A stretch of 61,530 bases of DNA, filler included, from Choristocarpus tenellus KU-1152 (lineage: Eukaryota > Protista > Phaeophyceae), in assembly GCA_964200185.2 (NCBI GenBank). It is 15 parts of 15 records of this genome, joined end to end, with 100 filler letters (N's around TTAATTAATTAA, not from the genome) between each part and the next. Parts side by side here need not be neighbours in the genome. Positions count along the whole stretch, not along the records: positions 24,140 to 28,385 come from CAXNAD020015507.1; positions 28,486 to 33,464 come from CAXNAD020012292.1; positions 33,565 to 36,299 come from CAXNAD020025196.1; positions 36,400 to 43,026 come from CAXNAD020007722.1; 11 more parts are not named here. One strand, 5' to 3'. Positions 27,850-40,511 of this stretch are shown here, piece by piece (the stretch's first letter is position 1; the number at the start of each line of letters is the position of its first letter). The notes beneath the pieces were generated by a model. The model searched no databases. It was not told where the DNA came from and saw nothing but the letters and a program-made list of their open reading frames with translations. The translations under genes and the position numbers were made by a program.

Positions 27850-28385
27850 GAACAGCGCTGTGACGCAATGCCTGGAGGTGAGAGGGCACAAGACTCTGAG
27901 GCCTTGGGGGATGGCGGCACCAATCACAGAGGACTTTAGAATCTCCCTAAATACCATGTTCCATCATCTGAAGGAGTATGGTAGCCAGATAACGTGAGGT
28001 AAATGCATGGACCTTGTACAACATCACAAGGGGCGATGTTACTGCCCTACAAGTATCCTCAACATTTGGGATGTCCCATTGGTACAATGCACATCCTTCC
28101 ACAAGTGGGCGGCCAAAAGCTGGGGTCTCCCTTGACTCGTTGTGGGATCTGTGCAAGCACAAGAAGGTGAAGGTCAAGTGGTGGATTAAGCCAGTCCTCT
28201 CAAACCAGCAGAAAGTCAAGAGGATGGGTCCCATCATCAGCCGCACGCACAGGAGGGAGGGAAGTGCGGCATTAGTGGAAGATCTATATGACTGGGTGCA
28301 TGTGGACGAGAAGTGGTTTTACATCCTCAAAGGTGGGTAAGGTGTGTACCTGCACCCCACTGAGCCCCTCTCCAACCCCCCACGG
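27850..28385 (+). mobile_element. Mariner (plant/stramenopile DD39D-type) transposase fragment
   Basis: IKPVLSNQQKVKRM...DLYDWVHVDEKWFYI contains the first catalytic Asp motif. Truncated by a stop and the gap. Confidence 0.85.
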
Positions 28386-28486
28386 NNNNNNNNNNNNNNN
28401 NNNNNNNNNNNNNNNNNNNNNNNNNNNNNTTAATTAATTAANNNNNNNNNNNNNNNNNNNNNNNNNNNNNNNNNNNNNNNNNNNNT

Positions 28487-30628
28487 TCATGGCACAGGAG
28501 GGGCATGGAGGGAGGTGTTCTGTGGTGGGAAAGGTAAGGTCGGCAGGGTGTTGGGATTTAAGGCGGTGCAGATCGCGGTCATTGGACTAGACGATGGTGC
28601 CAGAGGAGGAGGGTGGAAAATGCTGAGGGGGGTGTAGGTGGTGGTAAGGCATGTGTAGTAGGTTGGGTGAGAGTGGCAGGGGGGGTAGTGGGTGGTGCTG
28701 GGAGTGCAGTGGAGATAGTGGGTTTGGATGGTGAGGGGGTGGCAGGGCAGGCAGAGAGGTCCAGGTAGTACAGAGAACCCATAGTTCGTAGTGGTATGCG
28801 GGTCTTGCCATTGATGAGGTGGGGTTGATGGGATAGCACGGTGGTCCATCCAGTAGTCGCCGCAGCACATGCAGAGTACAAGTGACGACCAAGTCCAGGT
28901 ACGAGCAGAACGGTGAATGTGGAGCGTGAAGGCCTTGATGGGGGGTGTCGCAGCAATCCTGTGAAGAGAGCTTGCTGGGAGGTGCAGGTTCCCAATACCC
29001 GAGACAGTGATGGGGTTGGCAAGGGTGGTGAAGTGGTACAGGAAGTGGTGATGGGGGGTAAGAAGAGTGGGATCGGCCATGTGGGTGGTGCAGCCGCAGT
29101 CCACTATAAAGGAGGTGAGTTCGGGGGGTTGCGGATCTTGGACTGTAGTGGTGTGGTGTTTTGTGATGGTGGAAAGGCAGTAGGAGTAGAGTGGCCAGTT
29201 CCATCTTGACCCCAGCCTTCTGATGATGCTGAGGTAGTGATGGAAGTGGTAGCAGTCTAGTAGGGAATGGTGGGTGGTCCGTTGGTTGGATGGGGGGCGG
29301 TTGGTGATGGAGGGTAGCGTTTTTGGGCGCGGCATTCTTGGTCAGTGTGTGTGGATGACATGTGAAAGGAGCACCAAATGCCAGTGGGTGGATAGGGGGT
29401 GTGGTTTGGTGGGGTGTGAGCAGGTGGGAGTGGACCTGAAGTGGAGGGACGGTTGGGGCAGCGGCGATGGTGGTGACCAGGTTGCTTGCAGCGTCGGCAG
29501 AGGTGTGTCTTGGCGGACAGTGCAAGGTTAGAAGCACCGTCAGCGGAGGAGTCAGCCAGGTTCAGGTTGTTGTTATACGTTTCCCGAATGACTGTGGTGA
29601 GGTCCTCAGTGGAGTACTCTGACTGGAAGTGTACTTGGCTGCGAAGCTCATCGTAGTTAGGTGAAAGTCCAGAGATTATTGCAGCCCGCAGGCGAAAATC
29701 ACTGATGGTTTCACCGAAGCCTTCCAATTCCACCTTGACCTTTTAGAGATGTAGGAGCCATTGATAGGGGTCTTCGCCAGTCTCCATGGTACAGTTCTCG
29801 AAGCGACAATGAACTGCACGCATCCTTTGTTTGGTTGCCACTTCGTACTTGGACTTCAGTACCTGCCATGCGGACAACCCATCATTCAGTTGGGTCTCAT
29901 CGCAATGTTGGAGGCCATGCAGTAGGTCCTTGGCGGGTCCACGACAGGTAGCAAGAAGGATGCCGAAGAGCTGGTCGTTGTCCTCGTCGTAGGTGGTGGA
30001 GGGTGAAGCAGTGGCAGCGGTGGGACGGGACGGGCGCTGGACCAGAACTTTATGGGTGTTGCGTGTAAGACAGCTCAGGATGCCCACGAACTCATGTTTG
30101 AAGGCGTCCCAGGAGGAGTCGTCGCCAGTGAAGACAGGGAGTGTTAGGGTGCGTTCCATGACCGTGGCGTGAAGGAATCTAGTTGGGTGAGAGAGAAAAA
30201 ATGGGGGCAGGACAAGGGAGGGTCGGGAGGATTGGGTGTAGTATGTGTTGATCAAGTGTTGAGGCTCATAACCTGTTGAACCCTGAATCGAATGTATTAT
30301 ATATGATACATAGACTACGAAGGAAGATGAATCATGGTGTTGTAAAGCACCGATGAGTAGGGAGCGTAGGCTGTGGTATGAATAGGTGTGATTGTGAAGT
30401 AAAGTACTGATGTATTTGTTCTGTTGCTCGGTAGCTCAGGGGTTTACTAGTGTTTCAACAATGTACGGGAGGGTATTCTATCTGTTTCAGTTTAGCTACC
30501 TGTCGGTCAATGACCTTGGTGCCTCAGCAATCCAAGGGGGTGAAGGAGAAGACTTCTGTGTTGTATCCACTGGGACATGTTCGTGGATGAATTGTTCACA
30601 GTTCCATTGCTGTTGTTATTGAGGAACA
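28487..30628 (-). mobile_element. Ty1/Copia retrotransposon 5' part: probable LTR about 30274-30628, PBS, gag, protease, GAG-pre-integrase
   Basis: LTR end CAACA is followed by PBS GGTTATGAGCC. Gag (AWQVLKSKYE...IISGLSPNYD), zinc knuckle CRRCKQPGHHHRRC, protease FIVDCGCTTHM and pre-integrase LLLWHHRL are present. Frameshifted. Confidence 0.88.
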
Positions 30629-30805
30629 GATTACGTTGCTTAGGGTTAACGCCATGTCACATACACGTTTGGAGTGCGTTATGTGGGAGAGACTGCATGC
30701 ATGATCGGTGTGTAGTGTGTCCGTATAGGATCGAAAGAGTGTTGCATGCAATGGACCATGCAAGAACAGGACACGACAAAATCATTGCAATTTAGCATTT
30801 ATTCA

Positions 30806-31063
30806 GAGTGAAATTATCTTAGAGGGTACGATTTTTGACCAGTTTGTCCATTTGGGGCTTGGCTTCCCACGGGTTCTTTATGATATTTTCCTGCTCTGAA
30901 ATGTTTTGGAGTAGGTATAATGTATACATTATGAAAAGGTGTATCCAGAACAAGGATATTGACACTTCCTAACAAACATGATAGCCAACAATAAATCAAT
31001 ATCGCAACATTGGATATTGACTCCCAAGTAGACGCATCTCTACCCTCTAAGATACTTTGATTC
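30806..31063. mobile_element. MITE family B
   Basis: TIRs present; flanks TTCA/TTCG. Confidence 0.85.
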
Positions 31064-31121
31064 TTCGATGATGATGTAACAACAGCTACTCCTATAACAC
31101 ATACACACGCAAATCTTAAAT

Positions 31122-31320
31122 CCGATGCCTAAGTTCTATCATCTCTAGACATACAAAGGCCCAGACACCAGTACGAAACAAAAAAATCACATACATAAAT
31201 TTAAAACATTGATAGTAATCGATGTCTAAGTTCTATCATCTCTAGGCATACAAAGGCGCAGATACCAGTAAGAATAACAAAATAATCACATACATATATT
31301 TAAAACATTGATAGTAATCA
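31122..31320. repeat. About 98-bp tandem duplication
   Basis: GATG(C/T)CTAAGTTCTATCATCTCTAG...AAAACATTGATAGTAATC x2. Confidence 0.85.
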
Positions 31321-31524
31321 GACTAATAAATGAAGGTGTAGTAACACACGTATATGTATACAGGAAAAATATTTTGAACCGAATATAATAAATGAAAAGG
31401 TGAACTCCCGCATGAACAAAGTTCGACCTCTCAAGGACAACATCTCCATGTAAGCATGTATCAGATTAATGAAGGAGAGGGTGACACACGAGTACAAATA
31501 CGGATTATTGCTGTGACTCTCTTC

Positions 31525-33464
31525 TGCATTACGGACTTGTCCAGAACCAGGCCTGCGTAGGAGCGTCTTGTTCTGTACTGTACCGTCCTACAACAAGCTG
31601 GATATATCGCACCTCACCATTCTCCCTTTCGACCTCATACGGGTAGCTGACTCACTTCTCTCCAAATCTCACTGTGTGGCGGGGCTGATACCTGTCAAGA
31701 TTCCTCGCATCCATTGACCGTCCCATCCCAGAGTACAGTTCCCTGCCCTTGGCTCTCGCATAAAGTGTTCCTCCCTCACCCAAACCTGGTACAACCCTCA
31801 GTAACGGTTGTAGAAGGATATATCCCTTGGTATCCTTCTCCTTGTCCCGACACTTCTCCTGCCGAACCATCTGCAGGTGGCGTTGGATTACACGCTTGGG
31901 CTGCAGCTCCATCATGGTCCCTCTTCCTCTTCCCTGTAGGTGTTCGGCCCCCTCCTCAATTTTGTCCTCTGTCGTGTAGAACCTCAGCCCAGGGGGCAAG
32001 GAGTTCTCGCCATCCTCTCGTAGGTAAGACACGGCGCAGATATATGCCCCTGAATTGTCTGTGCCAACGTCGTGGACCTCCCCCTGTACGATAGTACCTT
32101 CACTCGCATATAGGATGAAGGTGGTGCCTTGGTCAAGCTTGGCATCGGACGTGTCTCCCAGCCTGTGTTGCCTTGAGAAGCAAACAGGTATCATACCGAA
32201 GGAACGCCGGTTGGATTCTGAAGTGAACCTCTGGTATTGTCCAGGCGGGATGGTGTGAACTTGTTGTCCAGGTTGTTGTGGTGAATGTCTGTGAAGTCAG
32301 GGATGAGGATAGCCTGAAGGGAGACGGCGCGGGTAACTCGGTTGTGCATCCTACAGCACCATGGCAATTATTGGTGTTATTGGAGGATGGGTAATGGGGG
32401 CAACCGTGAAGGTGTTTGCGTAAGACGGTGGTGTGTTGTGATGGACAGGAGTTATTCGAGGCCCTTGAGAAGAAAGGAAACAAATAAACAACTTAGATAT
32501 CTGAGGGGAATGAAACATACACAAGAAAATTCTAATTTGAATATTGTTTTTAGAAATTCTGTGAACGTTTTCGAGTGTCGTAGTAATGAAAAACAACGCA
32601 CAGACAGGAAATAAATAGACTTTGAACAAGTGTTTTTTTTCATTCTTTCAAACGTTCTCCAATATGGTATTGCAAACCAATACTCATTTTTGTATAACAT
32701 AAGAAAATATTGTTCCGTAGTATTACCGTTTAGAAGGTTATTAGCATGGCTCAACCTCTCCACACGTGACAGGTGAACTGTCGGTACTCCATCAACAAAC
32801 CTGGCACTCAACACCTCGAGGTCTTCCCTGACAAAGACCACGTCATTGCCAGCACTGAACATCCCTCCTTAGTTGGAATGGTTCCTGACGTTCCATTCAA
32901 TGTGTCATTCTGGTACACAATGAACGGCAGGAACTCCGACTCATTGTACTCTGATGGCACCGTTTGCATAATGCATGTTAAGAACATGCTTTTTATTCAT
33001 GTAGAAAAGAAGATTCTGTAGAAGAAACAATTTAAGGATGAAGATACAGTGTTTGTATTCTGAAGAATAGAAGATATGGTTGGTTTTCAAGAACTAGAAT
33101 ATGGAAGAGTTCAGGAATAGGAAGCATTGTGGGAAGTCATTTCTGATTAGTTTGATTAGTCATTCACGGAATAGAATTCATTTGGTGGCAAGGACACCTC
33201 CCCTATGGGGTTTGAAGCTCACTCTCTCCTTTCTTACACCTTCCTTACTTCATGTACAACCTGTTCTGCATAATAAGGGATCAATCGAGTTATTTAAATA
33301 CACAAGTCTTGGGAACGCCAACTTCTTTAACAATGCATATGTTCCCCACTGGGGGTCGCCTCTTCTTCCTGGAGAGATGACTCGTCAGGTACTTGTAGCC
33401 CACCCGATCCTCTGTGGAAAATCCGGGGTCTATCTCCTTCAATGCAGGCACGTGAGTATCTTGT
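31525..33464 (-). pseudogene. Same unknown Tudor/SH3-like gene, copy 1, disrupted by a solo LTR
   Basis: Peptides MFSAGNDVVFVREDLEVLSARFVDGVPTVHLS, GTTFILYASEGTIVQGEVHDVGTDNSGAYICAVSY and LRVVPGLGEGGTLYARAKGRELY match copy 2. Frameshifts are present and the donor site appears mutated. Confidence 0.55.
32976..33332. mobile_element. Solo LTR (357 bp)
   Basis: TGTTAAG...TTTAACA termini with ATGCA 5-bp TSD. Removing it restores alignment to copy 2 of the host gene. A related LTR starts at about 45573 and runs into the gap at 45870. Confidence 0.85.
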
Positions 33465-33639
33465 NNNNNNNNNNNNNNNNNNNNNNNNNNNNNNNNNNNN
33501 NNNNNNNNTTAATTAATTAANNNNNNNNNNNNNNNNNNNNNNNNNNNNNNNNNNNNNNNNNNNNCCAAAAATCGCGACATGAAAAAATTGACCCTAAATG
33601 GACAGCCGCCACCCCCTCCTAGATACTTTGAGCCAACTG

Positions 33640-35399
33640 TGTCGTATCAAAGAACAAACAGATAAGTAGCATATGTTTTAATACATTGCTCCTTGGAGAG
33701 TCACCAGTGACGGCCAGTAGTGCGTACCGTTCGTTGTTGTCGCTACTGGTCGCACTTTCCACAGTATCGTGATAAGGTTTCGCCTTGGTCTCGTTCTTAT
33801 ATTTCCTAGACTCCAACGTAGTCATGAACACTGAAATACATGTTGTAGGGTCATAGGCACGTCCTCCACACGTTGACACTTTGTGCAAATGGGCTTGGCC
33901 AACCTCCCTTCTCGTGTCGATTCTTGTCACACCTCTCACATGGAATCTTCTCGAACATTTAGGATTGGAATTAGAACCATTTTTCTTTCTTCCAACGTGA
34001 AATTTACGTTTCACCCCACGACCTTGGCCGTTACGATGAGACTGACTCTTCCCATGTGATGAACTGTTGTTCACAACCAAACCATGGCTGTTCTTGTGTC
34101 TTGACTGCTTTTCTTCATGGAGGGAAGCATATCACTCTCTGACTGTTTTCTCTTCGTCTGCTCGACATAGTGTCTTCTGTGAGACCATCATGCGTATCTC
34201 AGTATCGTAATCTGATCCGAGTGCACTCAGAAACTGTAGGAGCAGCAGCTTGTCCGAGATTACGAGGTCCATTGATATCATCCTCCCCTGTAGCTCCTCC
34301 AATTGGGTTAAGGCCAGGAATGCATTCGCCCCTTCTCTATCTTCGAAGAGAAAAACTCACGGAACAAATGTTGGCTATTGCCCACTGTATTAGGCATGAA
34401 CTAATCATCTCCTGCTCGGAAAAGCTCACTCGGGCCTTGGTGCATATAGCACAGAGCCCTGGTGGCGGGTGCGACAAGAGCAACGGTAAGTGCATGGTAA
34501 GCCTCTTCAGCCACCCAGATATCATTCGCACTGAACCCATCCGAGAGAAGTTCTTCGTAGGAGCGTTCTTCAGTAACTGGTCTTTCACTTGTTAATGCAC
34601 CCAGGCAGTGGGTATGTCGACAATGCACGATAAAACGCCTCCGCCAGTCCCAGTAGTCCGAGGCGTTCAATAATTTTGGTGGCTGAGCCCTTGACCTCTT
34701 AGTCTTACGGTTAACAGTGTGTGCACCTGACCCCCAACTCACCGAAGAACTGTACCTCTGGCTCGCCCTACTTGTGACGCTCACAGCATCCGAACTGTTT
34801 CCCCTCTCTCTGGGAAATGTTCCCTCGACATGGGTTCCATAGGACCCACTTTGACTGGTACGTGCCCAGCCAGAGGCCGTATGCTGGGCGCAGCAGCCTG
34901 GACGATGGGATGATTTCCATCACTGACTTTATTAGACTGCAACATGAGATTGCCAACAACGTTTCTTGACAGAACCATTACCGTCGTCATAACCTGCCCG
35001 AATTCTTGAACAGATAGGTCCTCGGCAGGAACAGGTAGAATCTCATCTATATGTGAATACATGATGAAATGACCTTCCTCTTAGAAATGTAAGGTCCAAT
35101 ATATTGTGTTAAAGTATCGCCCAAATCATCATAAATAATAAAGGTGATAAACCCAAGGGGATTGCTTGATGTCTGTAGAGTGATTGATTAACGTTAAGTG
35201 GGGGATGCAGCACCTCCTAAAATCATAAATATTTCCTTTCATATGAGAAATGTTCTCATATAGCTGATAACTAATAAAATGTTCTGATAACTTAATCACT
35301 AATGATTGTTCTCTTACTCCATATACAGTTTACCACAACTATCCAATAGAGTTGGAAGAGTCTAATCGAACAGAACCTGCCTGTGGACGTTTTTTAACA
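33640..35399 (-). mobile_element. Degenerate Copia-like gag with possible 5' LTR (35107-35399)
   Basis: PPKLLNASDYWDWRRRFIVHC...AYHALTVAL is typical of a Copia gag N-terminus. An upstream segment is bounded by TGTTAA...TTAACA. No clear PBS. Confidence 0.55.
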
Positions 35400-35466
35400 T
35401 CAGGTACACAATCTATTACTACATCAAGTTGTAGGGTTTCAAGTTTGTAGAAGAAGATATTTTCCT

Positions 35467-35644
35467 AGCTCAAATTATCTGGGAGGGGTGGCGGCTGTCC
35501 ATTTGGAGTCAATTTTTTCATGTAGCGATATTTGGGCGATTTGGTTCCATTCGTTGGATGGATAGTGAAAGTGCACTTTTCCTGGTGTTGATTCAAATGG
35601 ACACTCTGGTGTAGACCTCCCCCCCCCCCTAGATACTTTTGGTC
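35467..35644. mobile_element. MITE family A, intact copy
   Basis: Same TIRs and internal sequence; TSD CCT. Confidence 0.85.
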
Positions 35645-38040
35645 CCTGTACATGAGTGGGCATTCTCTGTGATTATTTCAATGTCCTAAACGTTACTCTC
35701 TGTCCACAATTTCTTGTTGCTCATGGTATGGGCGGTAATATCATCATCTACAAGATATTGTTCACCTAGGTCTCTTCCTTGCTTGCTCTGTACTTCTCCC
35801 TTAATATTTATGAGACGACCTGTACATTTTTTTCACGACCAAACATCGCAAATTAGGTTGCTTTGTCGTTGGTGATGTGCTGGTATATATTTTTGTGACA
35901 AATTTGGTCTACAATGAATCCACCTGCAACAAGCCAGCGCAACACAGTGAGGAGCTTCACGTTATCAGGGTTCAGACTCTTTAGCGTAAGTGCAAGGCAA
36001 AACAGCCCGCAAAAAACATGTCCTTTCAGCCTGGATGGGTGTTTGCCACGGATGGGCTGAATGTGACGGAGTGAAAGTATCTTAGAGGGTACGAGTTTTT
36101 CCCTGTTTGTCCTTTTAGGGCTTGACTTCCCACGTTTTTTTAGTGACATTTTCCTACTCCAAAATATTTAGGAGTAGATAAAAGGTATACGTTATGAAAA
36201 GGTGTGTCCGAAACATAGATATTGACACTTCCTAACTAACACGATAGCCAAAATTACGTACAAATCGCAACATTGGATTTTGGCCCCCAAATGGACGCGN
36301 NNNNNNNNNNNNNNNNNNNNNNNNNNNNNNNNNNNNNNNNNNNTTAATTAATTAANNNNNNNNNNNNNNNNNNNNNNNNNNNNNNNNNNNNNNNNNNNNG
36401 CAACATTTACAAAAAAAAACATATGGCCACATTCCGCACACCATTTTGGGTCAAACTCATCCTGCTATTGAACCACAACACTAGTAACAATAGTACATTT
36501 GGGGTTTTGACATTAAAATGCGTAAGGTAAATATGGAAACACTGTAATGCCCCTAACTCTCCAATCCAAAATATATTGTACCATAAAACAACGATATAAC
36601 GCTACATTTTGGTTTGTGACATTATGTTATAACGTCACATTTTGTGTTATATAATTTTTTAACATATTTCATATCATGGCATGAAGTATGTTACATTAGA
36701 AAGTAAGGAGCGTGCAATGCCCCTAAAGCTACAATGTAAAGCATACATCGTGTAAAAGATTACACACCCCTTAACACTTGATTGAAACAAAATACATGCA
36801 AAAGATTGTGTATTTCCCATCAAAGTGATCCTGTTCAAAACGTACACAACATTTGGCTCATGGTAGCATATGATGGCGATATTATTGTGTTGCCAAAGCG
36901 TTAACATGTTGCCCAAGGCGCTGATTGTTCTCGATTTCTTTTGTGTCGTCCTGCAGTGGTCTGAGGTGAGACATTATTCTAAGGTAGAAAATCTCCCTGG
37001 CACATACCCAGGCTGATTTGGTGACTGCAACAGTAATTGTGTCAATGTTTGTTTATCGTATAGAGCTAGAGTGACAATTCTCTAAAGACCTTCTACAAGT
37101 TGGTATCTTGAGGGTGCCAACCATGGCTCCCATAAACCCAGCGGTTAAGTATCACATAATATTTCCATGATGGCTGAATGCCCATCCTCAACCAAAATGC
37201 GAATATGGACCGTACCCAGACTCTCCCTCTGTCTGTTTGACCCTCCAAGTAACAGATGAACAAGTTCAAGTTTAGTGCAGTATACCAGATCTATAAGTGG
37301 TGAGCACTCCCCACTGTGTCTCAGAAGCTCAACTACACTTTGGTTGTTGTCTAACTGTTGTTTCAATACCCCTCCCAGCTGATGTCTCATCGCACAGACC
37401 AAGAAGGGTGAGTGCAGGGTAGGCCACTGATACGTACTGTGTGCTTCCCTCGTTTACATCAATTGACCGATCTGATGAGCAAGTGTTTAAGCAGGGGGAG
37501 CCACCCTACTATATTTGGGTTTGACTGCAAAACCAGGACCTTACTCGGGTAAATGCACAAAAAGAGAGGATAAAGAGAGACAACAGCCACATCGCTCGAG
37601 GTCCTAGTTAGCCGGATCTCATACTACATACACGTTCATTAATATTTTATTAAAGTAGGTACTAACCATTACCGTAAAGCTTGCTGTATGTGAACAAATC
37701 TATCCGAGATACCCCATACTCCCTCTAAGGAGTAGGGACTGAGTAAATATCTAACAAGCATACAAAAGATACACTCCATATTTTTTGCAGTATCATGGTA
37801 GTATACTTGTAGCACTGCGCAGTCTAAACAATCACAACAAAGCAGAACAGCGATGGCAGTCCAACAGTCTGTCCTTTACACTGCTCTTTGCTCGCGACAG
37901 TATCTACTATATATATTATGTTCACATTGCTGCAACCAATGTAGGATCCATCTGAATCTGACTTCTACCCTGTCTGTTTTGGTGATGGTCAAGGGGCAGT
38001 TGAAGTTGGTCATTGGCAAACACGACACGTGCACGTGTCA

Positions 38041-38217
38041 GAACCAAAGTATCTGGGGGGGTGGGGGTTCTACACCAAGGTGTCCATTTGGGGAAAAATC
38101 GGGAAAGTGCATTTTCATTATCCATCCGAAGTATGCAACCAAATCACACACAAAACGCGATGTGAAAAAATTGAACCCAAATGGACAGCCGCCACCCCCT
38201 CCCAGATACTTTGAGCC
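38041..38217. mobile_element. MITE family A (about 180 bp), intact copy
   Basis: TIR NNNNC-AAAGTATCTGGG(G/A)GGGG with 3-bp TSD TCA. Partial copies at 1-39, 8453-8508, 14338-14362, 24140-24162, 33565-33634, 48226-48270, 50111-50181, 55504-55522 and 58075-58127. Confidence 0.85.
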
Positions 38218-38529
38218 TCAGACAGAAATCTAAGTTAATTCTCGAACTGTTTCTGTTTGCGAAAATTTGACCTGGTCGGCACATGAGATGTCAAATTAAC
38301 GCTAGCCCCAGCCACAACACTCTTCCCCCTTTTCTCCACCCCTCAACAGCTGCCCGACCCTTTAACAGCATTTTCCACTTCTTGAAGTTCCCATACTTGA
38401 TTTTCTTTCTCTTTTACGGTTCCCCTGGGCTCGCATATTTGCCTTTGGTGCCCCTCTCACAGTAAAATGACTCTTTATACTTAAAAGTACTTGGTGTTAC
38501 TCACTTTTGCTATCTTTCCCTGGATGGGG

Positions 38530-38710
38530 GACTCAAAGTATCTGGGAGGGGGTGTGGCGGCTGTCCATTTAGGGTCAATTTCTTATCTTGCGTTTTTTTT
38601 GGTGATTTGGTTGAATACGTCGGATGGATAATGTAAGTGTACTTTTCCTGGTTAAGACCTAAATGGGCACCCTGGTGCAGACCCCCTCCCCCCCCCAGAT
38701 ACTTTGGGTC
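38530..38710. mobile_element. MITE family A, intact copy
   Basis: Same TIRs; TSD GGG. Confidence 0.85.
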
Positions 38711-40511
38711 GGGCCTACGTTGTTTCTCCAGATGAATATGCGATCTTATATTGAACTCGTGCAAGTAGTCAACTGCCCTCTCCTTCCCCTTATTTTGTCT
38801 ATCTATGGACTACCCTTAATCAAGGATCTAGATTTTGACCAAAGTTTACAACCAACCGCATAAGTTCCCCAGGTAGCCTGTCCAGTGGACTTATAGGCAA
38901 GCAAGATACCAAGACTCTTGAACTAATGCCCTCTGACCTCTCTCCCAGGCGTTGATCCTGCCACAGTATGTCAGGGGCAAGGTGTTGGAGGATAGATTCA
39001 GTGGATTTCTTGGTCCATTTGGACATTCCGTCTGTAACTCTATTGAGGTTATACCTATCGCATGTTGTGCCTGAAAGTACCATCCCCCTATTGCATCAAA
39101 GAGTCTCCAGGAACCGCATCATTGCTCCTGCCTGTTCGTGTTTCTGTGTGTCCACCACATCTGAACATTCATACGTATTTGAACCGTTATTTCCTCTCAT
39201 ATATATGTATATTCCAGTTCCCCTTGTTCTATAGGACTGTCATTTACTACCTTGCTCATTGCTACCCTCGCCCGAGGTCGTGGCCAAAAGGTAGTTTGAG
39301 GAAAAATACCACATTTTCACAATCCTCCAGAAAACGCAAATGCTGGAATAAAAAATCGCATTAATGTGTCTAATTAGAGCTGCCACAAGAAACCCAGGTA
39401 TAACACACTAGCACCAAATAGCGATTAACCTCACTTACATTATCTGGTTCGATAGGAAAATGGAGAAAATAACGGAAAATTTAGTGCAACACCTGGCCCA
39501 TCCGGTCTGAACATCGATCATCATTGTATATTACAGAAAGGACACAGGAACGTAAAGAATGATCAAGCCGAAATGGAAAGAGGTAACGAGAAAGCAGTAG
39601 CATTCAGCAACCAGGGTCAAAGTATCTGGGAGGGGGGGGGGGGGGTTGTGAGGGGGCGTCCAAATGGGCCCTTGTCTAAGTGGTGGAAAATTGTCCGAAA
39701 ATGTTGTGAAAAATGCATAATGGAGTTTCTAGTTGGTATTTTTTGGTTGGAACATTGCATAGTCTGCATCTAGTAGTGTATGTACTTGGCGCTTTAATTT
39801 TCGGAAAATTAGCCTTTTTCGAATTCGAGTTCTGGGGTGGGTTGTTGTGGTTGTTGGTTTGTTGTAGAAGTGTGGATTGGGTCGGTTCATCTCTTGTGGC
39901 TTTATTGGCCTTATCAATGTCGAAAAAGCATGTTACGTGAGAGAGGGGAATATGCGATCCTTGATTGTTGTCTCCATATATAAAGGGTGGAAGGAGGAAC
40001 GCCGCATGTTAAAGACCACACTAGAAGGGGGATGCGACGACGAATTCTTTCTGCGGTGATGTTTATTTTATTTGTGATGGGAGAATGTCTGCTTTCTCTA
40101 GCAAACACACAGAGAAGTACATAAAAGTTTCCGATGAAAAAACTCGATACATACATTTCTAACTACCACACACCACGTAATATACACCAGTGGTCGTAAG
40201 GAAAAAAAATGACCAAGAAACAGGTTGTAACCGTCTATAACTAATAATCAACGCAAAATCGAAAGGTGAGGCAGCACACGTACACCTAAAAGGAAGGACA
40301 TAGATATAACACCCAATTGTAATTAAAATGGAAAAATGAAACCTGCCTCGACACAACACATGTCCGACCTCTACAATGATATAGGACAGGATGTCCACGG
40401 GAGGCATGATGTCTCGGACGTCTTCCTGAGAGGAGGGCATGGCAGACGACTAGGAATTTGGAGTAGATGGTAGCGCGTCCGACTCGCTGCAACCTCCGTT
40501 CCATATGACGT

